From Saccharolobus islandicus REY15A (GTDB taxonomy: Archaea > Thermoproteota > Thermoprotei_A > Sulfolobales > Sulfolobaceae): 64,000 nucleotides of DNA. The notes beneath the pieces were generated by a model. That model saw nothing but the letters and a program-made list of their open reading frames with translations. It ran no database searches and was not told the DNA's origin. The stretch lies in the NCBI RefSeq assembly GCF_000189555.1, contig NC_017276.1; one strand, written 5' to 3'. Each line of letters begins with the position of its first letter. Within the stretch, counting starts at the first letter, position 1. The position numbers were made by a program, and so were the translations under genes. Shown piece after piece: positions 32,608 through 44,461 of the stretch.

Positions 32608-34254
32608 TCATGCTCCCTTAACACCACCAGAGTATAAACCCCTTAACATGTAATCTTGCGCCACGTATGACACTATTATGACCGGTAGTGATGCTACTAA
32701 AGCTGATGAGGCTAATAAGGCCCAATTAACTGACCCTTGACTTATGGCATTTAGAGCAAAAATTGTTGCAGTCTCGCTTCCAGTTGGTGGAAAGTTCATC
32801 TGATAGGGAGTCTCACTTAGAACTAAAGGATAGAATAAAAGGTGCCACGCAAATGTAAATGAGATTACGAATGTCGCAATTAGAAATGGCCTTGAGAGTG
32901 GCAATATTAATCTTAGTATCTTGTTCTTCATACCATCAATTTCAGAGGCCTCCTCATACACTTTTGGAAAATCTATGTAAAAGTTAAACATAGTCCAAAA
33001 GGCAAATGAGACTGTAAATATCGCTGAAGGCAATGCTAATCCTATCCAACTGTTTATTAAATGTAAATCAGAGGTCATTAAATATACTGGAATAATGTAT
33101 GAGGTAGATGGTAACGCATAGAGGTAAATTGATAACAATAATAGCCAGAACCAGAACTTTCTAGCACCCTCGTAAGCTCCTAGACTAGATAGCACTATTG
33201 TAAGGATACCTACGATAAATGATACTACAACTGAAGATATAATGTATGGAATAGACGACTCTAATGACGAAATTAAATATGAGAGCGTAAATTCCTTTGG
33301 GATTAAAACGGGGGGCTTTAAGAAGTCTAAGGTATTTGGTCTAGTAGCTACTAATACCATCCAATATACGGGAAAATCTAAAAATATTATAATAATCGAA
33401 GATATAACTAACATTGACACTCTAAATAGGTTATCAGGAATTTTTACTGTTGGAAGAGATAATCTGAAGCCTTTGCTTTTCACTAATAATGCAACGCCAA
33501 TTGCTGGTATAGAAGCTATTAACGCTAAAATCGACGCGAAAAGTGCCCCACCAGAGAAGTTATTGTATTGAAACATCATGAAGTATACAATTAATGGTAA
33601 TGTTGTTGTAGAGAAACCTGGACCTCCTTGAGTCATAACATAAGGTAAGTCAAAGTTACCCATGGATAGTACAAAGGTTATTAAAAATGCTAATAGAATT
33701 CCCTTTAATGAATACGGAAAGGCTATTTTAAGGTAATATTGAGATAATGTTAAACCATCTATTTGGGAAGACTCCTTAATCTCCTTAGGAACACTCCTCA
33801 AAGATGCTAAAATTAAAAGGAAAGCTAAAGGAACAGAACTCCACGCACTTACTAGACTTACTGCAAATAATGCGCTTTTAGAAAAGTATAATGGATCATA
33901 ATTTATACCTAATAAGTATGTAAACCATCCATAACCTCCGTAAAAACTTATAACCCATATCAAAGCTGATGCCGTAAATGGTATTGTAAATGGTATTAAT
34001 ATTAAAAGAATTAGTAACTTTTTAGGATACATGTCAACAGTGATAGCTAGAATATACCCTAATAATGTTGACACTACTGCAGTAAATAATGAAAAGAAAA
34101 ACGTATTATATATTATTTCTAGTGGAGGAGCAATGCTAAAGGAAGACTTTATCGCACTAGATAAATTAACTCCAACAATAACAAAGGTTAGAATTAGTGG
34201 TACTATGCCGAAAATTATAATATATACTAGGTAAGGGATAGAATACTTAACCAT
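32608..34254 (-). CDS. Fused double carbohydrate ABC permease (MalF+MalG-like)
   Basis: Two EAA loops (KESSQIDG, EEASEIDG). Start reassigned to ATG 34254, overlapping the ATPase stop; the track extension lies inside the ATPase gene. Confidence 0.88.
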   Translation of the reverse strand: MVKYSIPYLVYIIIFGIVPLILTFVIVGVNLSSAIKSSFSIAPPLEIIYNTFFFSLFTAVVSTLLGYILAITVDMYPKKLLILLILIPFTIPFTASALIWVISFYGGYGWFTYLLGINYDPLYFSKSALFAVSLVSAWSSVPLAFLLILASLRSVPKEIKESSQIDGLTLSQYYLKIAFPYSLKGILLAFLITFVLSMGNFDLPYVMTQGGPGFSTTTLPLIVYFMMFQYNNFSGGALFASILALIASIPAIGVALLVKSKGFRLSLPTVKIPDNLFRVSMLVISSIIIIFLDFPVYWMVLVATRPNTLDFLKPPVLIPKEFTLSYLISSLESSIPYIISSVVVSFIVGILTIVLSSLGAYEGARKFWFWLLLLSIYLYALPSTSYIIPVYLMTSDLHLINSWIGLALPSAIFTVSFAFWTMFNFYIDFPKVYEEASEIDGMKNKILRLILPLSRPFLIATFVISFTFAWHLLFYPLVLSETPYQMNFPPTGSETATIFALNAISQGSVNWALLASSALVASLPVIIVSYVAQDYMLRGLYSGGVKGA

Positions 34255-35191
34255 TACCAAACACCTTATAATTAATGAAATCAAATTTAACCCTAGAGCC
34301 TTCCTTGATCCTTTCCTTTGTCGTTGCCTTAACTTCGTTATCAATAAAATCTATGTAAATTAAATAGTATGAACCCCAAAATTCGCAATTACTTACAACT
34401 CCTTCATACTTACCATCATTCCTTATAGTAACGTCATCTGGCCTAACGCCAATTATCTTACCATCAATTTTAACAAAACTCATTGGAGGATTACCAATTA
34501 AAGACGCAACATCTTCACTTGATGGATTATTGTAGATCTCTTCAGGAATTCCTAGTTGCAATAGTTTACCTTTGTCAATTACACCAATTCTATCTGCAAT
34601 TGCTAAAGCCTCATTTGAATCATGTGTAACGTATACCGTAGTAATGTTGAATTCCTTTTGAACTTTCTTGATCAATTTCCTTGCCGAATACCTCAGCTGC
34701 ACATCGAGGTTAGATAAAGGTTCGTCCATTAGTAGTACCTTAGGTCTTCTTACTAATGCTTTAGCTATAGCGACTCTCTGTTGCTGTCCTCCAGAGAGTT
34801 GAACTGGATATTTATCCATTAAATGGTATATTTCGAGTTCCTTGGAAATTTCCATAATTCTCTCCTCCTTATCTTTCTTGTCGATTCTTGAATTTTCTAA
34901 TGCAATCATCAAGTTCTCAAAAACTTTTTTATTTGGATATAATGCATAATTTTGAAAAACCATTCCAATATCTCTCTTTGATGGTGGTAAATCAGTAACG
35001 TCTATACTGTCAATAAGTATTTTCCCGCTACTAACCCTTTCTAAACCAGCAATTAGTCTTAGCAAGGTAGTTTTACCAGAACCTGACTTGCCTAAAATTA
35101 CGAAAAACTCCCCTTTCTCAACATTAAGGCTAATATTATCTATGACCTTAAAACTTCCAAAAAACTTTGCAACCTCCTTTAGCGTAATCAC
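34247..35191 (-). CDS. Carbohydrate ABC transporter ATPase (MalK-like)
   Basis: GKSGSGKT, VFQNYALYP, LSGGQQQR, LLMDEPLSNLD, YVTHD. Confidence 0.95.
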   Translation of the reverse strand: MITLKEVAKFFGSFKVIDNISLNVEKGEFFVILGKSGSGKTTLLRLIAGLERVSSGKILIDSIDVTDLPPSKRDIGMVFQNYALYPNKKVFENLMIALENSRIDKKDKEERIMEISKELEIYHLMDKYPVQLSGGQQQRVAIAKALVRRPKVLLMDEPLSNLDVQLRYSARKLIKKVQKEFNITTVYVTHDSNEALAIADRIGVIDKGKLLQLGIPEEIYNNPSSEDVASLIGNPPMSFVKIDGKIIGVRPDDVTIRNDGKYEGVVSNCEFWGSYYLIYIDFIDNEVKATTKERIKEGSRVKFDFINYKVFGNG

Positions 35192-35233
35192 GAATTATCA
35201 ATAAGATATAAAAATAAAAAGTATTAACTTTTG

Positions 35234-36670
35234 TTATGAAGAAAGTGCCTTGATCCACGCGTTTGCTGCTTGTTGTAATACATACATAGCATATGTCTCA
35301 TTATATTGAGATGCTGTTAAGAACTGAAAAGCCTCATTATTGAAGCTTGGAATTAACGCTGGATACGTTTGTGGAACATTTGGAGGATTCGCTGTCGCAT
35401 TTAATGCTGCTAAATAAGCCTCTTGCAACCACTCCCTTTGATAGGATGGCAATGAGGAGTTGCTTACTAATGAGAGAAAAGCTTGTTTAGAAATTGGGAA
35501 CTTACCGTATTTTAAGAACGCACTCTCTTGTATTTTAGGAGATACTAAAAATTGCAAAAACTCTAGAGCTAATTGAGGATGTGATGAGTACTTACTAATG
35601 CCTAAAAAGTCAGTACCAGTTTCCGCGTATCCCCCAGGCAAGGGTGCTAGTAGTACATCTTTAGAATTGTTAATATAACTCAACTGGGAAGTAAATAGAA
35701 ACGCGCCTGCTCCTTGAGAGAAGAATTCTGGAAGATTATCATATGATATTTGAATTTGTGATGGGCTGGGTTCATAACTAACCAATTCCCTATAGGTGAT
35801 TAGAGCTTGAACGCCAGAGGTTGAATTAAACGATGGTAGAGGATAGTTGAAGCCTGGCAATATTTTCCCTTCAAACATTATGTTATAGTTAGGTAAACCA
35901 GCTAGATTACCCATATTTAATGAGCTATTCCTAAAGTAGTACCAGCCATATACTGCAGGGAATGCGTCGATAATCCCATGTGCAACATGGTCGTCAATTA
36001 GGAAACCGTATTTTGTAATATGGTGTGACATTAGAAATTGATCAACATCTAAAACTACAGTCCAATTCTCGTACGTAATAGGTGAAAAGTTCATGTGATA
36101 TTCTTGCTCAAATTCTTGTGCTAAGGTCTGATTATCAAATATTGTGGCATTGTATGCCATTAAATAAACAGCAGTCTCGTACGCAATACCTATTATTTCA
36201 GTTTTACTTATAGACGCATTATAGTACAATCCTCCGAAATCTTCTTGAGGATATATTATATCAGAGAAATTAAAAACTGATTGATTTAAAGGCAACAAAT
36301 ATGATGCTACATCTAGGGCGGAAGTGGAAGTAAAGCCTACAATATCATATTGGGAAGAATGAGCTTCAAGAGCTGTAAGTTCTTTCTGAATGTACTCACT
36401 AAATGGGTATTTGATAACTTCAACTTGAACGTTTGGATGAATTTGATGGAATAACTCACCAGCGTATTGGATAAAGTTCGCGGATTCTCCACTAAATGTA
36501 ACTACTGTTAGTGTAACTGGTGCAGTTGTATTGGTAGCAATGGTCGGTGTAGTAGTCGTCGCAACAGAAGGATGATGACTACTTGAGGTGATGAAATACG
36601 CTGCAGCAGCTACTACAGCTATCACAATTATTATTATAATGGCTATTGCAAGAGTTGAAATAGCTTTCAT
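35234..36670 (-). CDS. Sugar ABC substrate-binding protein with class III (prepilin-type) signal peptide
   Basis: MKA|ISTLAIAIIIIIVIAVV, then a Ser/Thr-rich linker and an SBP-like body; ATG 36670 has TTTTTAAA at -22..-29. Confidence 0.88.
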   Translation of the reverse strand: MKAISTLAIAIIIIIVIAVVAAAAYFITSSSHHPSVATTTTPTIATNTTAPVTLTVVTFSGESANFIQYAGELFHQIHPNVQVEVIKYPFSEYIQKELTALEAHSSQYDIVGFTSTSALDVASYLLPLNQSVFNFSDIIYPQEDFGGLYYNASISKTEIIGIAYETAVYLMAYNATIFDNQTLAQEFEQEYHMNFSPITYENWTVVLDVDQFLMSHHITKYGFLIDDHVAHGIIDAFPAVYGWYYFRNSSLNMGNLAGLPNYNIMFEGKILPGFNYPLPSFNSTSGVQALITYRELVSYEPSPSQIQISYDNLPEFFSQGAGAFLFTSQLSYINNSKDVLLAPLPGGYAETGTDFLGISKYSSHPQLALEFLQFLVSPKIQESAFLKYGKFPISKQAFLSLVSNSSLPSYQREWLQEAYLAALNATANPPNVPQTYPALIPSFNNEAFQFLTASQYNETYAMYVLQQAANAWIKALSS

Positions 36671-36745
36671 GTTTATCAGATACAACTTCTACTTTAAAAA
36701 AATAACCCAAGTCAAAATCAGTCCACTGAAGGTTTAATCATCAAC

Positions 36746-37375
36746 TCATTTACTGGTGGTTTCCTCATTCCTATAATATCTTGATTTTAACTCATTATAT
36801 AACTCTCTCGGAGTAGGAACCCTTCCCAACTTGTTAATTAAATCATTAATAATTTTGTTCATAATATCCTTTACTCGCTTCCCTGCTGGACAATATTCCG
36901 GTACTTTGAAATCTGGAACTCCTTTCCCATCATATGAATTAATTACTTCATTTTGCTCATCTTCAGTTGCGAATGGATACGAGAGACATGCGTATGGCTT
37001 AATTTTGTGAATACTGCAGAGCCATCCCTTTTGAAATTGGCAAGGCCTTCGTAATAAAAATAAGTTATTCCCTACTTTTTCCAATTTCTTCAAATCATCT
37101 GTGTTCAATCTATTCCTTAACTCCTCGTAATCAAATCCATAAACTGGTACGGGATAACCAATTTGACAACATTTCCCTCCACACTCCTCACAGTCTTTTG
37201 AAGTATCTATAAATTTATTCATGGCGATCTGAAATATCAAAGAATACATACCATACTTTATTACAGATATACCCTCATATTTTTCTAGAAAGTCTAGTAA
37301 TCTCTCAAAGCTTTTCAAATCACCTCTTAAACCTCTCTTCGTTATTAGATTAATCTGATCAGCGTTAATTTTCAT
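36746..37375 (-). CDS. YkgJ-family CxxCxxCC metal-cluster protein
   Basis: CEECGGKCC, RPCQF...CSIHKIKPYACLSYPF. Confidence 0.85.
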   Translation of the reverse strand: MKINADQINLITKRGLRGDLKSFERLLDFLEKYEGISVIKYGMYSLIFQIAMNKFIDTSKDCEECGGKCCQIGYPVPVYGFDYEELRNRLNTDDLKKLEKVGNNLFLLRRPCQFQKGWLCSIHKIKPYACLSYPFATEDEQNEVINSYDGKGVPDFKVPEYCPAGKRVKDIMNKIINDLINKLGRVPTPRELYNELKSRYYRNEETTSK

Positions 37376-37494
37376 ATACGAAGAATGGAATTTGAAAAAT
37401 AAATGGTTATCCTAATATTAATATAGAAATTGAAGACTTAAAGCTAGTGAACAAAAGAAAACGTTATTAAATAAGAGGAACTAAAGAAGAATAG

Positions 37495-38403
37495 ATGAGT
37501 GAAATATTAGAGCTAATAAATAAAGGGAAATATAGTGAGGCCTTAAAGAGAATTAAAGAAAAAATAGAGCAAAAGAAAGACGATCCAGAACTATATTATT
37601 TGATGGGGCTAGTATATTTTAAGGCTGGTAAGTATAAAAGGGCAATAGATAGCTTAAGTAAAGCGGTTAGGCTAAAGGGGGATGAGGCAAAATACCATTG
37701 TCTGTTAGGTTATTCACTATATGGTGAAGGATATGCCAATGGCGATGAAAAATTAATAAGAAGGGCCTTAAAGGAACTTCAACTTTCAGTAGAGATCGAT
37801 AAGGATATACCTAATAAGGAGAAGGAATATCATTACTACATGGCTAATATCTTATATGAACTAGAAGATTATGAAAAAGCTTTAAAAGAGGTTAATGAGG
37901 CTTTAAAATTTGACAACTCTCCGTTAGTTCATAAGTTAAAAGGTGATATTTTATTTCAATTGAAGAAATACAACGAAGCAATTGAGGAGTATAGGACTAA
38001 CTTAAACGATGATAAAAACCTCTACGCAATAGCGTATACGTATTTTACGATAGGAAAGTATGAACAAGCCCTTGAGTACTACGATAGGGCAATAGGTGTA
38101 AATCCAGAAGATCCGTATCATTATGAAGGCAAAGCTAGAACATTAATCTTTATGGGAAAAATTAATGAGGCTTATGAGACCATAAAGAAAGCTATAGATA
38201 TTGATCCAGATAACCCTTACATAAAACTAACAGAAATAGAAGTCCTAGCAGAGATTGATAAGAGAAGAGTGACAAAAGTTTTAACAGAATATTTAGAGGA
38301 GACGGAGGAATATAGAGAAGTTATTTGTGAAGAAAGTAAGGAGAGAAAATTTAAGGAAAAAACTAGAGAACTTATAGAGAAAATATTAGTTAAGTTTTGC
38401 TAG
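37495..38403 (+). CDS. Tetratricopeptide-repeat protein
   Basis: Several TPR units ([25 protein letters not shown]; [23 protein letters not shown]). Confidence 0.9.
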   Translation: MSEILELINKGKYSEALKRIKEKIEQKKDDPELYYLMGLVYFKAGKYKRAIDSLSKAVRLKGDEAKYHCLLGYSLYGEGYANGDEKLIRRALKELQLSVEIDKDIPNKEKEYHYYMANILYELEDYEKALKEVNEALKFDNSPLVHKLKGDILFQLKKYNEAIEEYRTNLNDDKNLYAIAYTYFTIGKYEQALEYYDRAIGVNPEDPYHYEGKARTLIFMGKINEAYETIKKAIDIDPDNPYIKLTEIEVLAEIDKRRVTKVLTEYLEETEEYREVICEESKERKFKEKTRELIEKILVKFC

Positions 38404-39415
38404 CTAAATAGAAAAACGCTCTCCAGAAGGGATCCTCTAATGGATGTTCAATCTTTACTCTACTTCCATCTTTCTTAACTAACATTACATCTCCACTTTG
38501 GTCTACTATTTCTCCAATTATTTCAGCCTCAATTCCTTCTTTTATCAACGCTTCCCTCACATCTTTTCCCTTATCAGTAACTATGATCATAGTACCCTCA
38601 CTTATGGATATCCATGGATCTATATTAACTAACCTAGTTACCTCTCTAACAGCACTATTAATGAAAAGTTTATCCTCATACACATTCATACCCTTACCAC
38701 TTGCTCTTGCAACCTCTGTTAAAGCTCCAAAAACTCCTCCCTCTGTAGCGTCATGCATGAGATGAATACCAATTCTAGATGCTATTAAACCATCTTTCCA
38801 ACAGCTCATTTTCCAATACATATTATAAGCTTCATTGAAGGTCTCCTTATCCAATCTTTGTTTAAAATACTCAGGGTAGAGATTGGTTAAGAGACCAGTG
38901 GCTTCTATTGCAGGGCCCTTTGTCATTATTACACTATCTCCGACTCTAACCTTAGATGGCATTCCAAGTTTTTCCTTCTCCCCTATTCCAAACATCGTGA
39001 ATCCTCCAACCATTGGATAATCGGTACCTTCATAAACACCCGTATGACCACCAACTACCATTACTTCAATCTCCTTTAATGCTTCGTGAATGCCAATCCA
39101 CATCTCCTCAAATTCATCATCCTTAATTTTAGGAGGTAAGTTTAGATCTATTACAGCATATTGAGGGGGAATACCGGAGGTCATTACATCGCTAGCTAGT
39201 ATGTGTACTGCAAACCACGCTGCCTTCTTGAATCCGAATTGTGGTACTATGAAAACTGGATCAGTCTTTACGACTAAGACTCTACCATCTTGAAGATCTA
39301 TTGCTGCAGTATCGACCCCATGCTGAGGACCAACTAGAACTTCTGTTCGCTTTTCCCCAAGGTGAGGGTAGATTACCTTGTTAAATAAATCCTCATTTAT
39401 CTTTCCTAAATGCAT
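38390..39415 (-). CDS. AIR synthase (PurM/HypE/ThiL)-related protein
   Basis: [32 protein letters not shown]. Start reassigned to ATG 39415 (MHLGKIN); the upstream track extension looks non-coding. Confidence 0.88.
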   Translation of the reverse strand: MHLGKINEDLFNKVIYPHLGEKRTEVLVGPQHGVDTAAIDLQDGRVLVVKTDPVFIVPQFGFKKAAWFAVHILASDVMTSGIPPQYAVIDLNLPPKIKDDEFEEMWIGIHEALKEIEVMVVGGHTGVYEGTDYPMVGGFTMFGIGEKEKLGMPSKVRVGDSVIMTKGPAIEATGLLTNLYPEYFKQRLDKETFNEAYNMYWKMSCWKDGLIASRIGIHLMHDATEGGVFGALTEVARASGKGMNVYEDKLFINSAVREVTRLVNIDPWISISEGTMIIVTDKGKDVREALIKEGIEAEIIGEIVDQSGDVMLVKKDGSRVKIEHPLEDPFWRAFFYLASKT

Positions 39416-39640
39416 TAGGTGAGAAAATGAATGCAACTTTAAAAAGGTTAAGTAAATCAAATCGTTTCCATAAGTAGCAATTGAATGAAAATTGAGAAAT
39501 GCTAATAAATACAATAATATCCTTAAAAAGGTATATAATACTTCTATTATACTAACTTTACATCTGGTAACTAAGTTAACAGAAGTTAAGTTGATCATAT
39601 AAGCTTTACTAAGTAAAGTAGTTTTCCGGAGGAAACAAAT

Positions 39641-40042
39641 ATGGATCCAACCCTAGCCTCAGTCGGTCTATTAATATTCAGAATACTATACGGAATCGCA
39701 CTAATACCACACGGTGTAGGTAAGGCTAATAAAAATGCTAATTCCCAATTTAAAGGATTCATAAAGCAGTTAGGAGTACCACCGATATTCGTAGATCTTT
39801 CAATGTTAGTTGAAATTTTAGGAGGACTTTTAGTAATGATTGGAGCAATATCGCTAATAGTTTCAGCGGTATTAATTTTGTTCTTCCTAGGTACTATAGT
39901 AGTAAGCCATAGGATGAAAAAACCACTAGCTACTGGAATGAATCCTGGAGTAGATCTAGATATACTATTCCTAGCAGGGGCAATAATATTACTTCTATTA
40001 GGTCCAGGCGAGTTCGCCCTATTAGCTGGTCCACAAATTTAA
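39641..40042 (+). CDS. DoxX-family membrane protein
   Basis: [37 protein letters not shown]. Confidence 0.85.
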   Translation: MDPTLASVGLLIFRILYGIALIPHGVGKANKNANSQFKGFIKQLGVPPIFVDLSMLVEILGGLLVMIGAISLIVSAVLILFFLGTIVVSHRMKKPLATGMNPGVDLDILFLAGAIILLLLGPGEFALLAGPQI

Positions 40043-40316
40043 TTTTTTAATCCTCTTGTAGAACCATAGCGTTAAAATTTTTCTATTTAATATAAACTGT
40101 GTTATGGAATTAATAAAGCTCTAGTTTAGATTTGCCTTTTATTTAGAAATTACTAATAAACATTAAAGTCGCAATCCTCCATTTGTTTAGATATCAACTG
40201 AATTTTCAATACTCTTCTAACATCTGATCATTAACGTATTTTAACACCTAAAGTGGTCCTCAGCAAATAACTTTACTAAGTCAATTTTTACATATATTTA
40301 AAAAACAATTCCAAAG

Positions 40317-41042
<726 letters not shown>

Positions 41043-41057
41043 TTAAGGATATAAAAC

Positions 41058-41915
41058 TTACGAGATTTTAAACCTAAAATTGGGTAATCCTCTTACATTG
41101 GCTCTTGTTGTGAACGTTTTACCAGCTAATGAATCTTGGCTCTTCCCAGCGGTGGTAATGAATAATTGATTTAACTCTGGAGTACCGAAAGTCACTGAGG
41201 TAACATAGGTTGCTGGAACTTTTATTTCAAGCAATTTCTTTCCGGTTTTAGGATTCCATCTACTAACCTTTCCTCCACCCCAATGGGCTACCCAAATATT
41301 CCCTTCCTCATCAACTGCCATTCCGTCTGGGTTTCCTGGTTCATTTCCAAAATCTACTGCAACTCTTCTATTGTAGATTTCTCCTTTATTCAGGTCGAAA
41401 TCGAACACAAAAACCTTTCTGACTGGACTATCAATAAGGAACATTTGCTTATTATCTGGATCCCAACCTAAACCATTTGACACTGTGAGACCTTCTAGCA
41501 TCTTAGTTACCTTATTACCATTAAACTTATAGAAACTTCCAGTTGGTTTCCTTTCGTTCATATTCATAGTCCCAGCCCAGTATCGTCCAAGCTTATCGCA
41601 TTTACCATCGTTAAACCTATTCGATTCCACATCAGTTTCCACTTCAGCGACCTTTTTAATCTCTCCTCTTTCTAAATTTACTATATAAAATCCATGTCTA
41701 ATTGTAGCAATAACCCTCTTATCATCGATAACACATAAGGATGAGACGAGATCCGGCATCTCATAGAATACCTCAGTACCAGTATTAAGATCGTTAACTA
41801 ATATTCTCTTTCCCTCGATATCAACCCAAAAGAGCTTGTTTAAATCCTTATCGTAAACTGGACCTTCTCCTAAAACTGCCTTGTAATTACTTAAGGTAAT
41901 TAGATTCGGCTCCAT
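41058..41915 (-). CDS. SMP-30/gluconolactonase-family lactonase
   Basis: LGEGPVY, RFNDGKCD..GRYWAGTM, SNGLGW, PDGMAVDEEGNIWVA. Confidence 0.93.
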   Translation of the reverse strand: MEPNLITLSNYKAVLGEGPVYDKDLNKLFWVDIEGKRILVNDLNTGTEVFYEMPDLVSSLCVIDDKRVIATIRHGFYIVNLERGEIKKVAEVETDVESNRFNDGKCDKLGRYWAGTMNMNERKPTGSFYKFNGNKVTKMLEGLTVSNGLGWDPDNKQMFLIDSPVRKVFVFDFDLNKGEIYNRRVAVDFGNEPGNPDGMAVDEEGNIWVAHWGGGKVSRWNPKTGKKLLEIKVPATYVTSVTFGTPELNQLFITTAGKSQDSLAGKTFTTRANVRGLPNFRFKIS

Positions 41916-41935
41916 GTTTAGTATTTTAATATATA

Positions 41936-43645
41936 CTAGCTTTTATCCTTTTTATCATCTAAGACGTTTGTAAGCGTAGCCTTCATATAATCTCTTTCAT
42001 AAATCACTGTTTTTCCTCTTAGAGCTGAAACTATGGTAGCTAAAAACACCAAAGACGCTGCAACATAAAATGAAATTCTTAGAGCATTCATGAAGGGCGG
42101 TGCTATTACGTTAGGGAACCAGTGGGTTCCCGTTATGGTAGCTATTGTGGAAGCAGGAATTGTGTTAACTAGTGAAGTCGGTAACTGTGAAAGTAATGTT
42201 GAGACTGGGTTATAGCCTAGAAAACTAGCGAATATTGCGGCAGTTGGAGGTATTTTACTTAATATTGGGACAAGTTGAGGAGCCCCAGCCGCAGTTAGTG
42301 CACTAGTTAATACTGGTGGTAAGGAAATATATAAGGTATCAATAACTATAGTGAAGAATATACCAATACTTAAGGTACTACCGGTATTAGTTAACATTGC
42401 TCTTATCCCTGAGGCTGATCCTCTATGCTGTGGTGGTGAAGCATTCATTAAAGCTGTCATGTTAGGTGATACAAATAACCCATTTCCAATCCCTATGAAA
42501 AATATTATCAGAGCAAACTCTACATAATTGAAATTGTATGGCAATGTAGTTAGCATTAAAATTCCTATTCCCATAATTAAGAGTCCAATGGTTGCTAGGC
42601 TTCTAGCGCCATAACGATCTGCAAGTCTACCTGCTATTGATCCCATTATTCCAAATCCAGCCAATAGTGGAAGGAGATATACTCCAGCCCAGAAAGGTGT
42701 TACCTCATAACTATAGCCGTGTAAAGGTAACCATATGGCTTGAAGCAATAATACTAACATTAGTTGAAGACCTCCAAATGCTAACTGTGCTAAGATTATT
42801 GATATTGCAGAAGACGTAAATGCCCTATTTTTAAATAGTTCTATTCTAAACATAGGGTCTTTAACTCTACTCTCAACTATGAGGAAACCAATGAACATCC
42901 CAACACCTACTACAATACCAGATATTACAAATGGATTTGCCCAACCAGTCACTTGACCACCATATGGTAATATGCCATACGTTATTCCAAGCAATATTGA
43001 TATAAGAGATACAGCGTATAATATATTTCCAACTACATCAATACTTTGATTTCTATTAGGCTTACTCAGCTGCTTTAATGATTTATATGACCAAATGGTT
43101 CCTAAAATGCCTATTGGAACACTCACTAAAAATACGTCACGCCAGTATATTGAAGCAAGAATTCCACCAATAATTATCCCAGCGACTCCACCAAATATTC
43201 CTATTACACCGTTTAACCCTAATGCAAATCCTCTCTCATTTGGTGGAAATGCCTCAGATAGTATTGCAGCACTATTAGCCATCAAAAATGATCCTCCTAC
43301 ACCTTGAAGTATCCTATAAATTATTAGTTGAATTGCTGCTATTCCTCCTTTACCAGGAGTTAGATATAGTAATAGTGACGCAATGGTAAAAATTAGGAAT
43401 CCTAAATTATACATTCTTACCCTTCCAAAAATATCTGAAATCCTACCTACGTTTACTACTAAGATTGCTGATACTATACTATAACCAAATAGGATCCATA
43501 ATAAGTATTGGAAAGAGTTAAATGGATTAATGTTAATTCCTCTAAATATTGCTGGTAATGCTATTAATACTACATTAGCGTTCATAAATCCCATGAATGC
43601 ACCAAGACTTGTATTGGATAATGCAATCCACTTGTACTGAACCAT
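41936..43645 (-). CDS. MFS DHA2 efflux transporter
   Basis: GRISDIFGR, RILQGVGG, FPPNERGFALG; 14-TM pattern. Confidence 0.9.
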   Translation of the reverse strand: MVQYKWIALSNTSLGAFMGFMNANVVLIALPAIFRGININPFNSFQYLLWILFGYSIVSAILVVNVGRISDIFGRVRMYNLGFLIFTIASLLLYLTPGKGGIAAIQLIIYRILQGVGGSFLMANSAAILSEAFPPNERGFALGLNGVIGIFGGVAGIIIGGILASIYWRDVFLVSVPIGILGTIWSYKSLKQLSKPNRNQSIDVVGNILYAVSLISILLGITYGILPYGGQVTGWANPFVISGIVVGVGMFIGFLIVESRVKDPMFRIELFKNRAFTSSAISIILAQLAFGGLQLMLVLLLQAIWLPLHGYSYEVTPFWAGVYLLPLLAGFGIMGSIAGRLADRYGARSLATIGLLIMGIGILMLTTLPYNFNYVEFALIIFFIGIGNGLFVSPNMTALMNASPPQHRGSASGIRAMLTNTGSTLSIGIFFTIVIDTLYISLPPVLTSALTAAGAPQLVPILSKIPPTAAIFASFLGYNPVSTLLSQLPTSLVNTIPASTIATITGTHWFPNVIAPPFMNALRISFYVAASLVFLATIVSALRGKTVIYERDYMKATLTNVLDDKKDKS

Positions 43646-43678
43646 ATAGTTAAAGACTTAACTTTAATTTATTAAAAC

Positions 43679-43692
43679 TTTTGCCCAATATC
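43679..43692 (-). promoter_or_regulatory. GATATTGGGCAAAA element upstream of the TATA box of the DHA2 gene
   Basis: Minus strand GATATTGGGCAAAA-G-TTTTAATA; TATA about -25..-32 from the 43645 start. Confidence 0.55.
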
Positions 43693-43734
43693 AATCATGC
43701 GTTTTTAAAAAATCATAAATTTATAATGATTTAA

Positions 43735-44130
43735 CTACTGCTTACTACTTACGAGAATGTATAAAGTTGTAGATAATATTATGAGGATAATGTCTAGAAC
43801 AAAAGCTATCAAAGCAGGTCCAGTGGTTACTGGTAATGGTCTACCTACAAGCGGTGCTGGAAGTACTCTAGTTAAAGTAAGGAGCAGATAATTTACCCAC
43901 CAATATATTACTTCTAATAGATATATAATTTTCAATGCAAAGAGTCTAAATGAGAGTATAAAGAGTATACCAGCAACAATGGCTAAGATCGAGTCGAAGG
44001 CGAAAAATGCCCTTAGACCAAAAGGTAAAAATCTTACATTATATAATGGCAGATGATCTGCAGCCCACGCAAAACTAATTATTCCTGCAACTATCCCTAA
44101 GGCTAATAAGGAAATTGAAATTTTTGGCAT
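43735..44130 (-). CDS. Four-TM hypothetical membrane protein
   Basis: 131 aa, four hydrophobic segments, own TATA-like box. Confidence 0.8.
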   Translation of the reverse strand: MPKISISLLALGIVAGIISFAWAADHLPLYNVRFLPFGLRAFFAFDSILAIVAGILFILSFRLFALKIIYLLEVIYWWVNYLLLTLTRVLPAPLVGRPLPVTTGPALIAFVLDIILIILSTTLYILVSSKQ

Positions 44131-44161
44131 ATGCTACTCTCTAATTCAATCTATATTAAGA

Positions 44162-44206
44162 TTTTGCCCAAATCTTTAATTAGATTGAAAACGATATTTG
44201 GGAAAA
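44162..44206. promoter_or_regulatory. Divergent promoter with two outward-facing GATTTGGG(C/A)AAAA elements
   Basis: 44162-44174 minus GATTTGGGCAAAA-T-CTTAATAT (for 44130); 44193-44206 plus GATATTTGGGAAAA-G-ATTTAAAT (for 44249). Confidence 0.55.
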
Positions 44207-44248
44207 GATTTAAATCGATGTAAAAGTGATGAGGAAACTTGTGAAAGA

Positions 44249-44461
44249 ATGAAAATTAGCAAAATGGGTCTTATAATACTAGGAATTTCTATAATAATTC
44301 TGATAATTGGTGGAGCGTTTTTTGGAATGGCTGCCACATCACATGAGCCAATAACTACTACAAGCCATGTTACAACATACACATCTACTAGCACTTCATC
44401 AATTATGTCATCTTCTACTACAACTACTACATCAGGTCCTAGTGGAGGATCATGGGGCTAA
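44249..44461 (+). CDS. Small membrane-anchored Ser/Thr-rich protein
   Basis: MKISKMG + hydrophobic helix + TTTSHVTTYTSTSTSS... tail; ATG 44249 preferred because the track extension overlaps the promoter. Confidence 0.7.
   Translation: MKISKMGLIILGISIIILIIGGAFFGMAATSHEPITTTSHVTTYTSTSTSSIMSSSTTTTTSGPSGGSWG

Noticed and set aside
38390-39598. Long N-terminal extensions in track ORFs (also 22624, 34344, 36685, 41042, 61125)
   Set aside because: The extensions cover AT-rich promoter DNA or neighbouring genes; paralog alignment or TATA spacing supports downstream starts.
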